Shown one piece after another: positions 1 to 9,401 of a stretch of DNA of 64,000 nucleotides (its first letter is position 1; each line of letters opens with the position of its first letter). The stretch comes from Treponema sp. GTDB lineage: Bacteria; Spirochaetota; Spirochaetia; Treponematales; Breznakiellaceae. The position numbers were made by a program, and so were the translations under genes. The notes beneath the pieces were generated by a model. That model made no database searches. It was given only the letters and a program-made list of their open reading frames with translations, and had not been told where the DNA came from. The stretch spans positions 874 to 64,873 of the forward strand of contig JAIRKH010000056.1 in NCBI GenBank assembly GCA_031260245.1, read 5' to 3'.

Positions 1-1
1 T

Positions 2-391
2 ATTAAGGGAAAAAAGATGAAAGTAGAAACGTCTCATAATGACAATCTCTATCTTTTCTACGCGGACGCCTTCCCGACCGACAAATGGACGCCCCACCCG
101 CAGAACCCAATCTGCGCAGGCGTAACCAACAGCCGCATGGCCGGCGCGGTCTTTTGCGATGATTCGGAAAAGATTTACCGCCCCGCGCAAAATTGCCTGA
201 AAGACTATGGCAAAGAGACAAATATCAACAAAATTCTCGAATTGACGAAAACCTCGTATAAAGAGAGAATCGCCGCGACCGTTTCGCCCGAGAAAGAAAT
301 GGCTGCGGTCTGCACTCATACCTTGAATTTCAGCGAAAACTACACTGTCAGGGACGTCAAAACGCGGGTATGGAGAGGTAAAGACCGTTAG
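2..391 (+). CDS. C-terminal fragment of a polysaccharide-locus protein (GINT1-like family?); 5' end lies outside the window
   Basis: The frame is open from nt 2 to the stop at 389-391. The sequence ...HPQNPICAGVTNSRMAGAVF...IYRPAQNCLKDYGKE... resembles, from memory, the C-terminal part of a family found beside glycosyltransferases. Not searched. Confidence 0.35.
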   Translation: MKGKKMKVETSHNDNLYLFYADAFPTDKWTPHPQNPICAGVTNSRMAGAVFCDDSEKIYRPAQNCLKDYGKETNINKILELTKTSYKERIAATVSPEKEMAAVCTHTLNFSENYTVRDVKTRVWRGKDR

Positions 392-413
392 GTGACCTCA
401 TAGAAGGAAACTT

Positions 414-1562
414 ATGACCATACTTGGCGTTTTTTTAATCAACGAAATCCGTACTGGCGGGGACCGTCGTTACCTAGAACTACTGGAACTGCTGGCTGAA
501 CGCGGTAACCGCGTTTTCGTCGTCATGAATACGTTTTTAAATTATACGCCGAAACATTTGACGCAAATCGGGCTATCCGTGAAGTACATCCGTCATAAAT
601 TCCCGCCCGCGTCTTTCTTGTTCCGCGAAAACATAAAAAAGAACCTGCCTTTCATAAAAAGCAAGGCGCCGCAGATTGATTTTATCCACATTCACGGGGA
701 TATTTACCTCAAATCCGCGATTTTTCTGAAAAAAGTTCTGCAAGTCCCGTTGTTTTACGCCTCACGGTGCAACGATGTGGATAGGGCGCGGATTCTGCGG
801 GGAAAAGGCGGTTTACCGCCCAAAGAATACTTGTTCTCGTTTATATACGAACAGGTAAACCTGTCGCGGGAACGACAAATCGCCCGTTTTGCGGACTTGA
901 CGACGTTTCAAAACGCCGTTGACCGCGACGTTTTCGTCAAGAGGACGAAGTACCTCATAGAAAAGACTGTTCTCATACCGGGCAATATCGGTTTGCCGCG
1001 GTGCAAGCCTGAATGGGAGAACAAGAACGACTCGAAAAGCGTTCAAACCATTGTCTACATCGGTTCGCTCTCGCCTTCAAAAGGACTGCTTGACCTACTA
1101 AAAGCCCTTGCGGAACTAAAAAAACGAGGGTTCGGCGGTCTCCGCTGTTGCGCGCTTGGCAGAGCGGAAGACGCGGGGCAAACAAAGCGGCTCATTGAAA
1201 CTCTGGGTATTCGAGAGATGGTTGCCATTGAAGGCTTTCAATATCCGTTTCCCTCCCTTGCGCGATGCGATATGATGGTGTACCCTACTCTCTACGACGC
1301 TTATCCTGATACGGCGCTCGAAGCTCTGCATACGGGCTGTCCAGTGATTGCGTCTCGCGTAGGCGGTTTGACGGATTTGTTAAAGTACCCGGAACTGCTT
1401 TTTGAAATGGGCGATATTATGGAGATTGCGGACCGAATCGAGCGATGCGTCAAGGAGCCGTCGTTTTACCAGCATATCCGCCGATTATGCGCGGAACGGG
1501 CAAAAGCTCATCATTTTGACTGGGCGGCGCGGTTTGAAGAAGCGATGAAAAAGAGGAGATAA
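414..1562 (+). CDS. glycosyltransferase family 1 (GT4-type)
   Basis: 382 aa with SD GAAGGA upstream. The C-terminal half has GT1 hallmarks (YIGSLSPSKGL, EALHTGCPVIASRVGGLTDLL). Confidence 0.8.
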   Translation: MTILGVFLINEIRTGGDRRYLELLELLAERGNRVFVVMNTFLNYTPKHLTQIGLSVKYIRHKFPPASFLFRENIKKNLPFIKSKAPQIDFIHIHGDIYLKSAIFLKKVLQVPLFYASRCNDVDRARILRGKGGLPPKEYLFSFIYEQVNLSRERQIARFADLTTFQNAVDRDVFVKRTKYLIEKTVLIPGNIGLPRCKPEWENKNDSKSVQTIVYIGSLSPSKGLLDLLKALAELKKRGFGGLRCCALGRAEDAGQTKRLIETLGIREMVAIEGFQYPFPSLARCDMMVYPTLYDAYPDTALEALHTGCPVIASRVGGLTDLLKYPELLFEMGDIMEIADRIERCVKEPSFYQHIRRLCAERAKAHHFDWAARFEEAMKKRR

Positions 1563-1564
1563 CT

Positions 1565-2938
1565 ATGAATATATCGGTAGTTGGCACGGGCTATGTCGGT
1601 TCTGTATCCGGCGCGTGTCTCGCGGACTTTGGCAACAACGTGGTCTGCGTTGATAAGGACGCTTCGAAAATCGAGGCGCTAAAAAGCGGCGCCGTCCCCA
1701 TATTCGAGCCGGGTTTGGACGAAGTGGTGGGCAGAAACGTCCGCGGCGGCCGACTGCGGTTTTCTACAGATTTGGCGGAATCGGTACGAAACAGCGATGC
1801 GGTCTTTATCGCTGTCGGGACGCCGCCTGCGGAAGACGGGGCCGCGGACTTGCGGTATGTGGAGACGGTCGCCCGTGAAATTGGGCGTAATATCGAGCGT
1901 TACACCGTGGTTGTGGATAAGAGCACGGTTCCCATTGGTACCGGGCGCAAGGTCGCCGGATGGATACTGGAAGAATTGACGCTACGCGGCGGGAACGCGG
2001 CAGAAACCTCCTTTGACGTGGTTTCCAATCCAGAATTCCTGCGCGAAGGAACAGCCGTCTATGACTTTACCCACCCTGACCGCGTGGTCATCGGCGCGGG
2101 CAGTGAAAAAGCCCGCGAAATCATGAAAGAAATCTACCGCCCTCTCTACTTGAATGAAACGCCTTATATTGAAACCGACTTGGAATCCGCGGAAATGATA
2201 AAATACGCTTCAAACGCGTTTCTTGCAATGAAAATTACCTTCATCAACGAAGTGGCGAATCTGTGCGAAAAATGCGGCGCGAATGTGAGAGATGTGGCGA
2301 AGGCGGTTGGCAGGGACGGGCGCATCGGCGGTAAGTTCCTGCACCCAGGTCCTGGCTACGGCGGCTCTTGCTTTCCAAAAGATACCGCGGCCATGGCGCA
2401 AATCGCTCGCGCTTATGGGGAAACCCTGTCCCTCGTTGAAGCCACTATTGCGGCGAATGAACGCCAGAAGATGCGTATGGTTGATAAGATTGTAGCGGAA
2501 CTAGGAGGCGAGGGAAACGTTGCGGGCAGGACTATCGCCGTTCTGGGGCTTGCGTTTAAGCAGAATACAGACGATATGCGGGAATCTCCATCTATCGCCG
2601 TTTGCGAAGGGCTTGCGGCGAAAGGCGTACGTCTGCGCGTCTTTGACCCAGAGGCTCTGCGAGAGGCGGAATGGCGGCTTGCTTCCATAAGGGACAGCGT
2701 CGTCTTTTGCGCGGACGAATACATGGCCGCTGTAGGCGCGGACGCGATGGCGATTGTTACGCCGTGGAACCAGTTCCGTAACCTTGATTTGGCGCGGCTA
2801 AAGGCGGTTATGCGCGGGTCTGGGTCCGCGGATTCGTCCGCCATAGAAGAGAAGCGCCGCTTTTTCGACCTCCGTAACATTTACAAGAGGGCGGACGTCG
2901 AGCGCGCGGGATTCGCATATTTCGGGGTGGGGACATAA
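1565..2938 (+). CDS. ugd: UDP-glucose 6-dehydrogenase
   Basis: 457 aa. N-terminal Rossmann motif VVGTGYVGSVSGACLA and catalytic-Cys motif GGSCFPKD. SD AGGAGA. Starts 2 nt after the GT1 stop. Confidence 0.9.
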   Translation: MNISVVGTGYVGSVSGACLADFGNNVVCVDKDASKIEALKSGAVPIFEPGLDEVVGRNVRGGRLRFSTDLAESVRNSDAVFIAVGTPPAEDGAADLRYVETVAREIGRNIERYTVVVDKSTVPIGTGRKVAGWILEELTLRGGNAAETSFDVVSNPEFLREGTAVYDFTHPDRVVIGAGSEKAREIMKEIYRPLYLNETPYIETDLESAEMIKYASNAFLAMKITFINEVANLCEKCGANVRDVAKAVGRDGRIGGKFLHPGPGYGGSCFPKDTAAMAQIARAYGETLSLVEATIAANERQKMRMVDKIVAELGGEGNVAGRTIAVLGLAFKQNTDDMRESPSIAVCEGLAAKGVRLRVFDPEALREAEWRLASIRDSVVFCADEYMAAVGADAMAIVTPWNQFRNLDLARLKAVMRGSGSADSSAIEEKRRFFDLRNIYKRADVERAGFAYFGVGT

Positions 2939-2969
2939 GCCGTTCATTAAACGCAGATAGCTCCGATTT

Positions 2970-3404
2970 TTATTTAAATTCCCCGACCGCCCTGATTTCA
3001 TCGCAATATTCGCATCGGTATGTCCGCTGTTCCGCGTTTTCAAGGTGGAAGATATGAGGGATATAGGCTTCCGTTGACGTTATGCAACGCGGGTTCTTAC
3101 AACACAGCACGTTTTCTACCCGTTCAGGCAGAGAAAGCCGTATTTTTTCGCGGATAAGCTCGTTTTCAATGATGTTTACCGTTATGTTCGGGTCAATCAG
3201 TCCCAGAACGTCGAAGTTAATGGCGATGGCGTTGTCAATCTTGATGATGTCCTTTCTGCCCATTTGCGAAGAAGTCGCGTTGATGAGAAACGCCACTCTA
3301 TCCAATGTCTTGTCAAGTCCTAGCCAGTTAAAAACCCTTATGCCTTGTCCGGCTTTTATGTGGTCTATGACGACGCCGTTTTTGATTTTCGGTATGCTTA
3401 ACAC
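2970..3404 (-). CDS. pyrI: aspartate carbamoyltransferase regulatory chain homolog (PyrI)
   Basis: 144 aa. MLSIPKIKNGVVIDHI..., GRKDIIKI, SLPERVENVLCCKNPRCIT...YRCEYCD (4-Cys zinc domain) align along the full length with E. coli PyrI as remembered. Confidence 0.85.
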   Translation of the reverse strand: MLSIPKIKNGVVIDHIKAGQGIRVFNWLGLDKTLDRVAFLINATSSQMGRKDIIKIDNAIAINFDVLGLIDPNITVNIIENELIREKIRLSLPERVENVLCCKNPRCITSTEAYIPHIFHLENAEQRTYRCEYCDEIRAVGEFK

Positions 3405-3417
3405 TTTGCCTCCTTAT

Positions 3418-4293
3418 CTAACAACGCCCGTTATGAAGTATTGAAACAGTCTCCGCCTGTTCCTTACGCTCCCGTACTGTTTGCAGACAGGTTTGCAGAC
3501 CTTTACGGTCCCCATTTTCAATCAAAGACTTGAGCTTGTCGAGGCTTGCAGAAAACTGGACTATGCGGGTGAGAAGAGACTGGCTATTTTCCAGAAAAAG
3601 CTCGGTCCACTGCGCCGCATTGAACAAGGCGATACGGGTGAGGTCTTCAAAACTACCGCCTCCGAACCGAATGATATTGCTATCCTGCTCGCAGTCAATA
3701 AGCGCGGCCGCTATCACATGACAGAGCTGACTCGTGAACGCGATAGCGTAGTCGTGTTCCGCAGGCGTAGTTTCCGTGATACGGGAAAAACCCATCTTAT
3801 AGACGATTTCCCGAATAAGCGCCAGATTTTCCGGCTTGTTCCGCTTAAGCGGCGTCAGAATATAGTTTTTCCCTGTAAAATCGCACTTTTTCGCCTCGGA
3901 ATACCCGCCATTCTCGCTCCCCGCCATCGGATGCCCCGGCACATAGTCCACATCAGCCCGCAAATTCGCCTCTATGAAAGATGCGACGCCTGTTTTTACA
4001 CCCGCAACGTCCGTAATCAAGGATGAAGGCGCGAAAGCTCTCATATTTTCCACTATAAACCGCGGAATGACAGACGGGTTGAGGCAGAGGAATACTAGTC
4101 CGCATTGGGGAAGCATAGCTTTCGCGTCGACAAAACCTTCGTCAATCACTGCGTCCGCTTTCGCGGACGCGAGCGTGTTTTCGTCAATATCGCAAGCAAG
4201 TACGTGGACGCCTGTAAAAGCGCGGCGCAGAGCCATTGCTACAGCGCCGCCCATAAGCCCAAGCCCTGCTATGCCTATTGTCTTGATAGCCAT
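3418..4293 (-). CDS. tyrA: prephenate dehydrogenase
   Basis: 291 aa. Rossmann motif IGIAGLGLMGGAVAMAL, a GHPMAG motif and SD AAGGAGAA. Confidence 0.8.
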   Translation of the reverse strand: MAIKTIGIAGLGLMGGAVAMALRRAFTGVHVLACDIDENTLASAKADAVIDEGFVDAKAMLPQCGLVFLCLNPSVIPRFIVENMRAFAPSSLITDVAGVKTGVASFIEANLRADVDYVPGHPMAGSENGGYSEAKKCDFTGKNYILTPLKRNKPENLALIREIVYKMGFSRITETTPAEHDYAIAFTSQLCHVIAAALIDCEQDSNIIRFGGGSFEDLTRIALFNAAQWTELFLENSQSLLTRIVQFSASLDKLKSLIENGDRKGLQTCLQTVRERKEQAETVSILHNGRC

Positions 4294-4479
4294 TGTTCTC
4301 CTTTACCGCCAGACGTCCGCGTACTTGCTGAGGGGACCCAGTTTCCCGCGTTCGTTGCTGACTTTTTAGGCATAAAAGCCTCCTTGATAATAAAAATTTG
4401 CGCGCTCATACGAGTCGCTAATAGTTTTATACAAGTAGTTCATACGCACGTTTGAACCGTTCGGTTACTCACAAAAAAC

Positions 4480-5517
4480 CTACTTCCCACACGCAAAACT
4501 TTTCCCTTCTAGCTCGACATATTTTTTCAGAGTTTGCATTAAACCCGCGAAAGCGGAGGGAGTAAGGGATTGCTCTCCGTCGCTCAAGGCTTTTTCTGGG
4601 TTGTTGTGAACCTCCACGATGAGTCCGTCCGCGCCCGCGGCCACGGCCGCCTTTGAAAGGCTTTCCACCATCCAAGAAAGTCCCGCCGCATGGCTTGGGT
4701 CTACGACGACCGGCAGGTGGGACTGCCGCTGTAAGGCCGAAATCGCGCTTATGTCCAACGTGTTACGGGTGTAGGTTTCAAAGGTACGGATGCCGCGCTC
4801 GCACAGGATGACGTCTTCGTTGCCGCCCGCCATGACGTATTCGGCGGACATGAGTAGCTCGCTGACGGTCGCCGAAAGTCCCCGCTTCAGCAGAATCGGC
4901 TTTCCGCATCGTCCAAGCTCCTTCAAAAGGGTGAAATTTTGCATATTACGCGCGCCGACTTGGATAACGTCGACGTCGCCGAACAGGTACAGCTGGCTCA
5001 GGTCCATAATTTCGGTAACAATGGGTAGTCCTGTCTGTTTTTTCGCCTCCAAGAGCAACTCCAAGCCGTTTGCCCCAAGCCCCTGAAAGCTGTAAGGGCT
5101 GGTACGAGGCTTGAACGCGCCGCCGCGAAGGAAACCTGCGCCTGATTTTTTCACGGATTCGGCTATGTCTAATATCTGTTCATGGCTCTCGACCGAACAT
5201 GGTCCCGCAATGACGGAAAAATGGCCGGCTCCTACACGACGCTCTCCGTACGTGGACGCGGACACACGAACGCACGTGTCGTCAGGGTGGAACTTGCGGT
5301 TCGCCCGCTTGTAAGGCTCCTGCACTCTGACGACCTTTTCAACTAAATGGTTGGCGACGAGCGCCTCCGCATCAATTCCCGCGGCGTCGCCCACGAGTCC
5401 CAGCACGGTTTGGGTCGCGCCTTCCGAAAAATGTACCTGCACGCCCTTTTCTTCAAAGGTCTTCGCAAACTGCCTGACCTCTTCCGCAGGACTGCCCTGC
5501 TTGATAACAATTATCAC
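4480..5517 (-). CDS. aroF: 3-deoxy-7-phosphoheptulonate (DAHP) synthase, type I-beta, with an N-terminal ferredoxin-like regulatory domain
   Basis: 345 aa with a GTG start. Motifs GPCSVES, KPRTSPYSFQGLG and VVDPSHA. The ~80-aa N-terminal extension resembles that of Thermotoga-type DAHPS. Confidence 0.85.
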   Translation of the reverse strand: MIIVIKQGSPAEEVRQFAKTFEEKGVQVHFSEGATQTVLGLVGDAAGIDAEALVANHLVEKVVRVQEPYKRANRKFHPDDTCVRVSASTYGERRVGAGHFSVIAGPCSVESHEQILDIAESVKKSGAGFLRGGAFKPRTSPYSFQGLGANGLELLLEAKKQTGLPIVTEIMDLSQLYLFGDVDVIQVGARNMQNFTLLKELGRCGKPILLKRGLSATVSELLMSAEYVMAGGNEDVILCERGIRTFETYTRNTLDISAISALQRQSHLPVVVDPSHAAGLSWMVESLSKAAVAAGADGLIVEVHNNPEKALSDGEQSLTPSAFAGLMQTLKKYVELEGKSFACGK

Positions 5518-5541
5518 TCTTTTACCTCGTTCACAAAAATA

Positions 5542-6205
5542 TTATGTAGCGACGCCAGACGCCCGCGGTGTCAGACACCCGCGCCATGCCCGCCCCCGCT
5601 CTTCGGCGCTCTTCGGTGTCAGGCACCGACAAGAAATCAGTGTAATCTGTGGACAACCGCAGGAACTAATTCCGAGCCAGCCGAAACCCAAGGGCATTGC
5701 CCCCACCCGACGGGGGTCCCGTCACCCCGATAGGCGGCACGGACGAGCCGCGCCGTCCTGTTCCACGCCCCGCCGCGTACCACGCGGGCGAAGCCGCCGT
5801 CCGCGTCCCGCCAGACACGCCTCCATGCCAACGGCGCCAGACACTTCGTCTTCACCGCTTGCGTCTGACTCCCGCTGTCCCTGCTGATGCTCCCCATACT
5901 GAACGTCCCAGCGGACACCGGAACAAACCCCGCAGGCGTTCCCTCTGTCGCTTCCTCCAGCTATCCGTACGTGTTCGCAGGCGTCGGAGAACTCCCGCGC
6001 CATGCTCGGTTTGTCGACGACAGGCGCCCATTCAGCGCCGCCGCGCGAAGCTCGACACAATCGACTCCCCGTCCGTCCCGTTCCCGCCCGTAAACGGAAA
6101 CAACGCGAGGCTCTCCTTCTTCTCCCTGAAAAGGTACTATTTCTCATGTACGCACGCGGACATCGCGATAAGCGCCGCTAGTACGAATAGTAAGCGTTTT
6201 TTCAT
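5542..6205 (-). pseudogene. decayed FGE-sulfatase (SUMF1) domain lipoprotein
   Basis: An intact lipoprotein-type signal MKKRLLFVLAALIAMSAC (ATG at 6205) hits a stop after 22 codons. Other frames downstream carry the FGE motifs FVPVSAGTFSMGS and RVVRGGAWN...RAAYR, but far too close together, which implies an internal deletion. There are at least two frame breaks. The region is very GC-rich. Confidence 0.6.
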
Positions 6206-6365
6206 GCGTTTCTCCTTGTTTGAAATAGTTTTATAATTATAGTACATTTTCCCCTTCTGTCAAGTGATCCGGGAGGGGGAGAAAGCCGCGTAATGATTTG
6301 GCAGGATCAATTCGTGATATTTTAGCGATTCTTCCAATTTTTTCAAAAAAAACAAGAAATTCCCC

Positions 6366-6393
6366 TTGACTTTTTCTTTTATTTTTGTAAAGA
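6366..6393 (+). promoter_or_regulatory. sigma-70-like promoter upstream of rpsL (TTGACT-16-TAAAGA)
   Basis: -35 TTGACT at 6366-6371 and -10 TAAAGA at 6388-6393. It is preceded by CCCC, as at the tuf promoter. About 130 nt of hairpin-rich leader follows before the rpsL ATG. Confidence 0.4.
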
Positions 6394-6526
6394 TATTATT
6401 TCTGAATAGAAACCGCTTCGTGGAACGAGGCGGAAGCCGTTTCTTGGTTGAAGCGGCTTATAAAGGCGATTTTCGCGTGAATCGAAAGGATGCGGGAAGT
6501 CCTTAATAAAGGAGTTTTTTTATTAT

Positions 6527-6901
6527 ATGCCGACAATCAATCAGTTAGTCCGATTTGGAAGACAGCGGATCTCCTCGAAGACGAAATCTCCGGCCTTACA
6601 GTTCTGTCCTCAGAAGCGGGGGGTTTGTACCCGCGTCATGGTAACGACGCCGAAGAAGCCGAATTCCGCCCAGCGGAAAGTGGCGCGTGTGCGTTTGTCC
6701 CATGGAACCGAAGTAACGGCTTACATTCCGGGCGAAGGACACAACTTACAGGAACACTCCGTCGTTTTGGTGCGCGGCGGGCGCGTGAAGGACCTGCCCG
6801 GCGTGCGGTATCATATCATCCGCGGAGCCAAAGACGCGCTCGGCGTCGACGGTCGTAAACGCGGACGCTCGAAGTACGGCGCGAAGAAACCTAAGGCGTA
6901 A
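6527..6901 (+). CDS. rpsL: 30S ribosomal protein S12
   Basis: 124 aa, [13 protein letters not shown]...; SD AAAGGAG. Confidence 0.97.
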   Translation: MPTINQLVRFGRQRISSKTKSPALQFCPQKRGVCTRVMVTTPKKPNSAQRKVARVRLSHGTEVTAYIPGEGHNLQEHSVVLVRGGRVKDLPGVRYHIIRGAKDALGVDGRKRGRSKYGAKKPKA

Positions 6902-6910
6902 GGAGAAGGT

Positions 6911-7381
6911 ATGGGACGCAAGAAAAAGTCGATAGATAGAGGCGTTGCCCCTGACGCTAAGTACAACAGCGTGGTTGTTTCTAAATTCGTCAACCGTATG
7001 ATGTGGGAAGGCAAACGGTCTGTGGGAACGAAGCTCATAAACAACGCTTTTGAAGAAATTCGTAAGAAAACTGGCGAAGAACCTCTTGACATTTTTTTAA
7101 AAGCGATAGATAATGTTAAACCTCGACTTGAGGTGAAATCGCGGCGCGTGGGCGGCGCGACTTATCAAGTGCCTGTGGAAATCCGCGAGTCGCGGCGCGA
7201 AGCGCTTGCGATGCGGTGGATAATTAAAGCCGCGCGTTCTCGGAACGGACGCGGCATGGGTGAGCGTCTGGCCGTAGAATTACTAGACGCCTTCAACAAG
7301 ACAGGCGCGGCGATAAAAAAGTCGGAAGACACATTCAAAATGGCGGAGGCAAACAAGGCGTTCGCCCATTATAGATGGTAG
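6911..7381 (+). CDS. rpsG: 30S ribosomal protein S7
   Basis: 156 aa, ends ...NKAFAHYRW. Starts 9 nt after rpsL. Confidence 0.97.
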   Translation: MGRKKKSIDRGVAPDAKYNSVVVSKFVNRMMWEGKRSVGTKLINNAFEEIRKKTGEEPLDIFLKAIDNVKPRLEVKSRRVGGATYQVPVEIRESRREALAMRWIIKAARSRNGRGMGERLAVELLDAFNKTGAAIKKSEDTFKMAEANKAFAHYRW

Positions 7382-7437
7382 GTTTATTCATAAATTCACG
7401 GCGTTTCGCGGTTCCCCCGCTAGATTCCGACGAATGC

Positions 7438-7471
7438 GCTGAAGAACGAAAGTCTGTTTTCATTCTTCAGC
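7438..7471 (+). terminator. stem-loop downstream of rpsG (9-bp stem GCTGAAGAA/TTCTTCAGC, 16-nt loop); no T-tract
   Basis: The inverted repeat was read directly from the sequence. The lack of a U-tract makes intrinsic termination uncertain. Confidence 0.25.
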
Positions 7472-7539
7472 CGCCAAACCGATTATCGCGCTTTTGATGC
7501 GTTAAAAGCGGATTGAAACGATGAGATAGGTGGCGGAAT

Positions 7540-7566
7540 ATACTGATATTTCAGAAATATCAGTAT
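7540..7566. promoter_or_regulatory. perfect 12-bp inverted repeat ATACTGATATTT-cag-AAATATCAGTAT (operator-like)
   Basis: Read directly from the sequence. It ends 20 nt upstream of the tuf -35 box. Confidence 0.4.
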
Positions 7567-7586
7567 CCCCTTGTTTTTGTCCCCCC

Positions 7587-7615
7587 TTGTCAAATCGTTT
7601 TAATAACATTATAGT
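7587..7615 (+). promoter_or_regulatory. sigma-70-like promoter of tuf (TTGTCA-17-TATAGT)
   Basis: -35 at 7587-7592, a 17-nt spacer, and -10 at 7610-7615. Confidence 0.5.
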
Positions 7616-7736
7616 AAATTCCGCCGTTATGAACGGCGAAAGTTTTTAGACGGCGTGGTAGAAGCATTGGTCCAGAATAACGGATGCTTCAGTTACGGAC
7701 CCGTCGTGCAGTAATATATTTTTAGGAGGAAATACC

Positions 7737-8948
7737 GTGGCAAAAGACAAATTTAACCGCACGAAACCCCACATGAACGTGGGAACCATCGGGCATGTCG
7801 ACCATGGCAAAACGACGCTTTCCGCCGCTATTACGATGTATTGCGGAAAGAAGTATGGCGATAAGGTGATGAAATTCGATGACATTGATAACGCTCCAGA
7901 GGAAAAAGAGCGCGGCATCACCATCAACACGAGGCACCTTGAATATCAATCGGATAAGAGGCACTACGCGCATATTGACTGTCCGGGTCACGCTGACTAC
8001 ATCAAGAACATGATTACAGGCGCGGCGCAGATGGACGGGGCGGTCCTCGTCGTGTCGGCGCCGGACTCCGTTATGCCCCAGACGCGCGAACATATCATCC
8101 TCGCTCGTCAGGTGGGCGTTCCGAGCATGATAGTATTCTTGAACAAGGTCGATCTTGTTGACGACCCGGAGCTGATTGAACTGGTGGAAGAGGAAATCAA
8201 GGACGTGCTCAAGGACAATGGTTTCCCCGGAGACGAAATTCCTATTATTAAAGGTTCCGCATTTAAAGCTATGACCCAGCTTTTGGAAAACAAAGAGACG
8301 GACGATACTCGGTGCGTAGAAGAATTACTTCAGGCGATGGACTCTTATTTCCCGGACCCGATACGCGACGAGGCGAAACCTTTCCTCATGCCGATTGAAG
8401 ACGTGTTTACTATTTCCGGTCGCGGCACCGTCGTTACCGGCAAGGTAGAGCGCGGCATCATTAATCTCAACGGGGATGTTGAAATAGTCGGTATTAGACC
8501 CACTCAGAAAACGGTCGCTACCGGACTAGAGATGTTTAATAAGCTTCTCGAATCCGCCCAGGCGGGCGATAATATCGGCGTACTGCTTCGCGGCATCGAC
8601 AAGAAGGCGGTGGAACGCGGGCAAGTGCTTGCGAAACCCGGCACCATAACCCCCCACCTCAAATTCAAAGGTCAAATCGTCTGTCTTTCCAAAGAAGAAG
8701 GCGGACGCCACAGTCCATTCTTAACCGGTTACAGACCTCAGTTCTACTTCCGTACAACCGACATCACTGGTACGGTAACGATACCGGGCGAATCCAAGCC
8801 CGGTGAGAAGATGGTTATGCCCGGCGACAACACGGAAATTATCGGCGAACTGATTCACCCTATAGCCATGGAGAAAGGTCTCCGTTTCGCCATTCGCGAG
8901 GGCGGCAAGACGGTCGCTTCCGGACAGGTTACGGAGATCATCGAATAG
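7737..8948 (+). CDS. tuf: elongation factor Tu
   Basis: 403 aa with a GTG start after AGGAGGA. G-motifs [14 protein letters not shown] and NKVD. Confidence 0.98.
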   Translation: MAKDKFNRTKPHMNVGTIGHVDHGKTTLSAAITMYCGKKYGDKVMKFDDIDNAPEEKERGITINTRHLEYQSDKRHYAHIDCPGHADYIKNMITGAAQMDGAVLVVSAPDSVMPQTREHIILARQVGVPSMIVFLNKVDLVDDPELIELVEEEIKDVLKDNGFPGDEIPIIKGSAFKAMTQLLENKETDDTRCVEELLQAMDSYFPDPIRDEAKPFLMPIEDVFTISGRGTVVTGKVERGIINLNGDVEIVGIRPTQKTVATGLEMFNKLLESAQAGDNIGVLLRGIDKKAVERGQVLAKPGTITPHLKFKGQIVCLSKEEGGRHSPFLTGYRPQFYFRTTDITGTVTIPGESKPGEKMVMPGDNTEIIGELIHPIAMEKGLRFAIREGGKTVASGQVTEIIE

Positions 8949-9075
8949 CGTCCAAGAGGTTTTACGAGGAATGATTAACCGCAGAATCGGGAAAAAGAAT
9001 TTCTAAAAATTTTTGCGCCTTTCTCATTCTACGGTTAGTTTCAAAACAGAGTAAAACCTCCGACGAGGGAGGATA

Positions 9076-9387
9076 ATGATGGCTAAAGAGCGAATTCGTG
9101 TAAAATTGCGCGGTTTTGATATAGAGTTGATTGACCAGAGCGCGAAGTCTATTGTGCAAGCTGTACAGAAGGCGGGCGCTAATGTGACAGGACCCATTCC
9201 GTTGCCGACTAGTATCAATAAGATAACAGTACTCCGCTCGCCTCATGTGAATAAAAAGTCGCGTGAGCAGTTTGAGATGAGGACGCATAAGCGTTTGATT
9301 GACATAATAAACCCTTCGGCGGAAGTAATGGATTCGCTTATGAAGCTTGAGCTTCCCGCAGGCGTTGACGTCGGCATCAAGCAGTAG
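9076..9387 (+). CDS. rpsJ: 30S ribosomal protein S10
   Basis: 103 aa; ...[11 protein letters not shown]...; SD GAGGGAGG. Confidence 0.95.
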   Translation: MMAKERIRVKLRGFDIELIDQSAKSIVQAVQKAGANVTGPIPLPTSINKITVLRSPHVNKKSREQFEMRTHKRLIDIINPSAEVMDSLMKLELPAGVDVGIKQ

Positions 9388-9401
9388 CCGTGGAGGAAAA
9401 T

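Noticed and set aside
5351-6236. 178-aa and 179-aa plus-strand ORFs rich in R/P/A
   Set aside because: They lie in the very GC-rich pseudogene region, where long open frames arise by chance on both strands. There is no SD and no recognisable motif.
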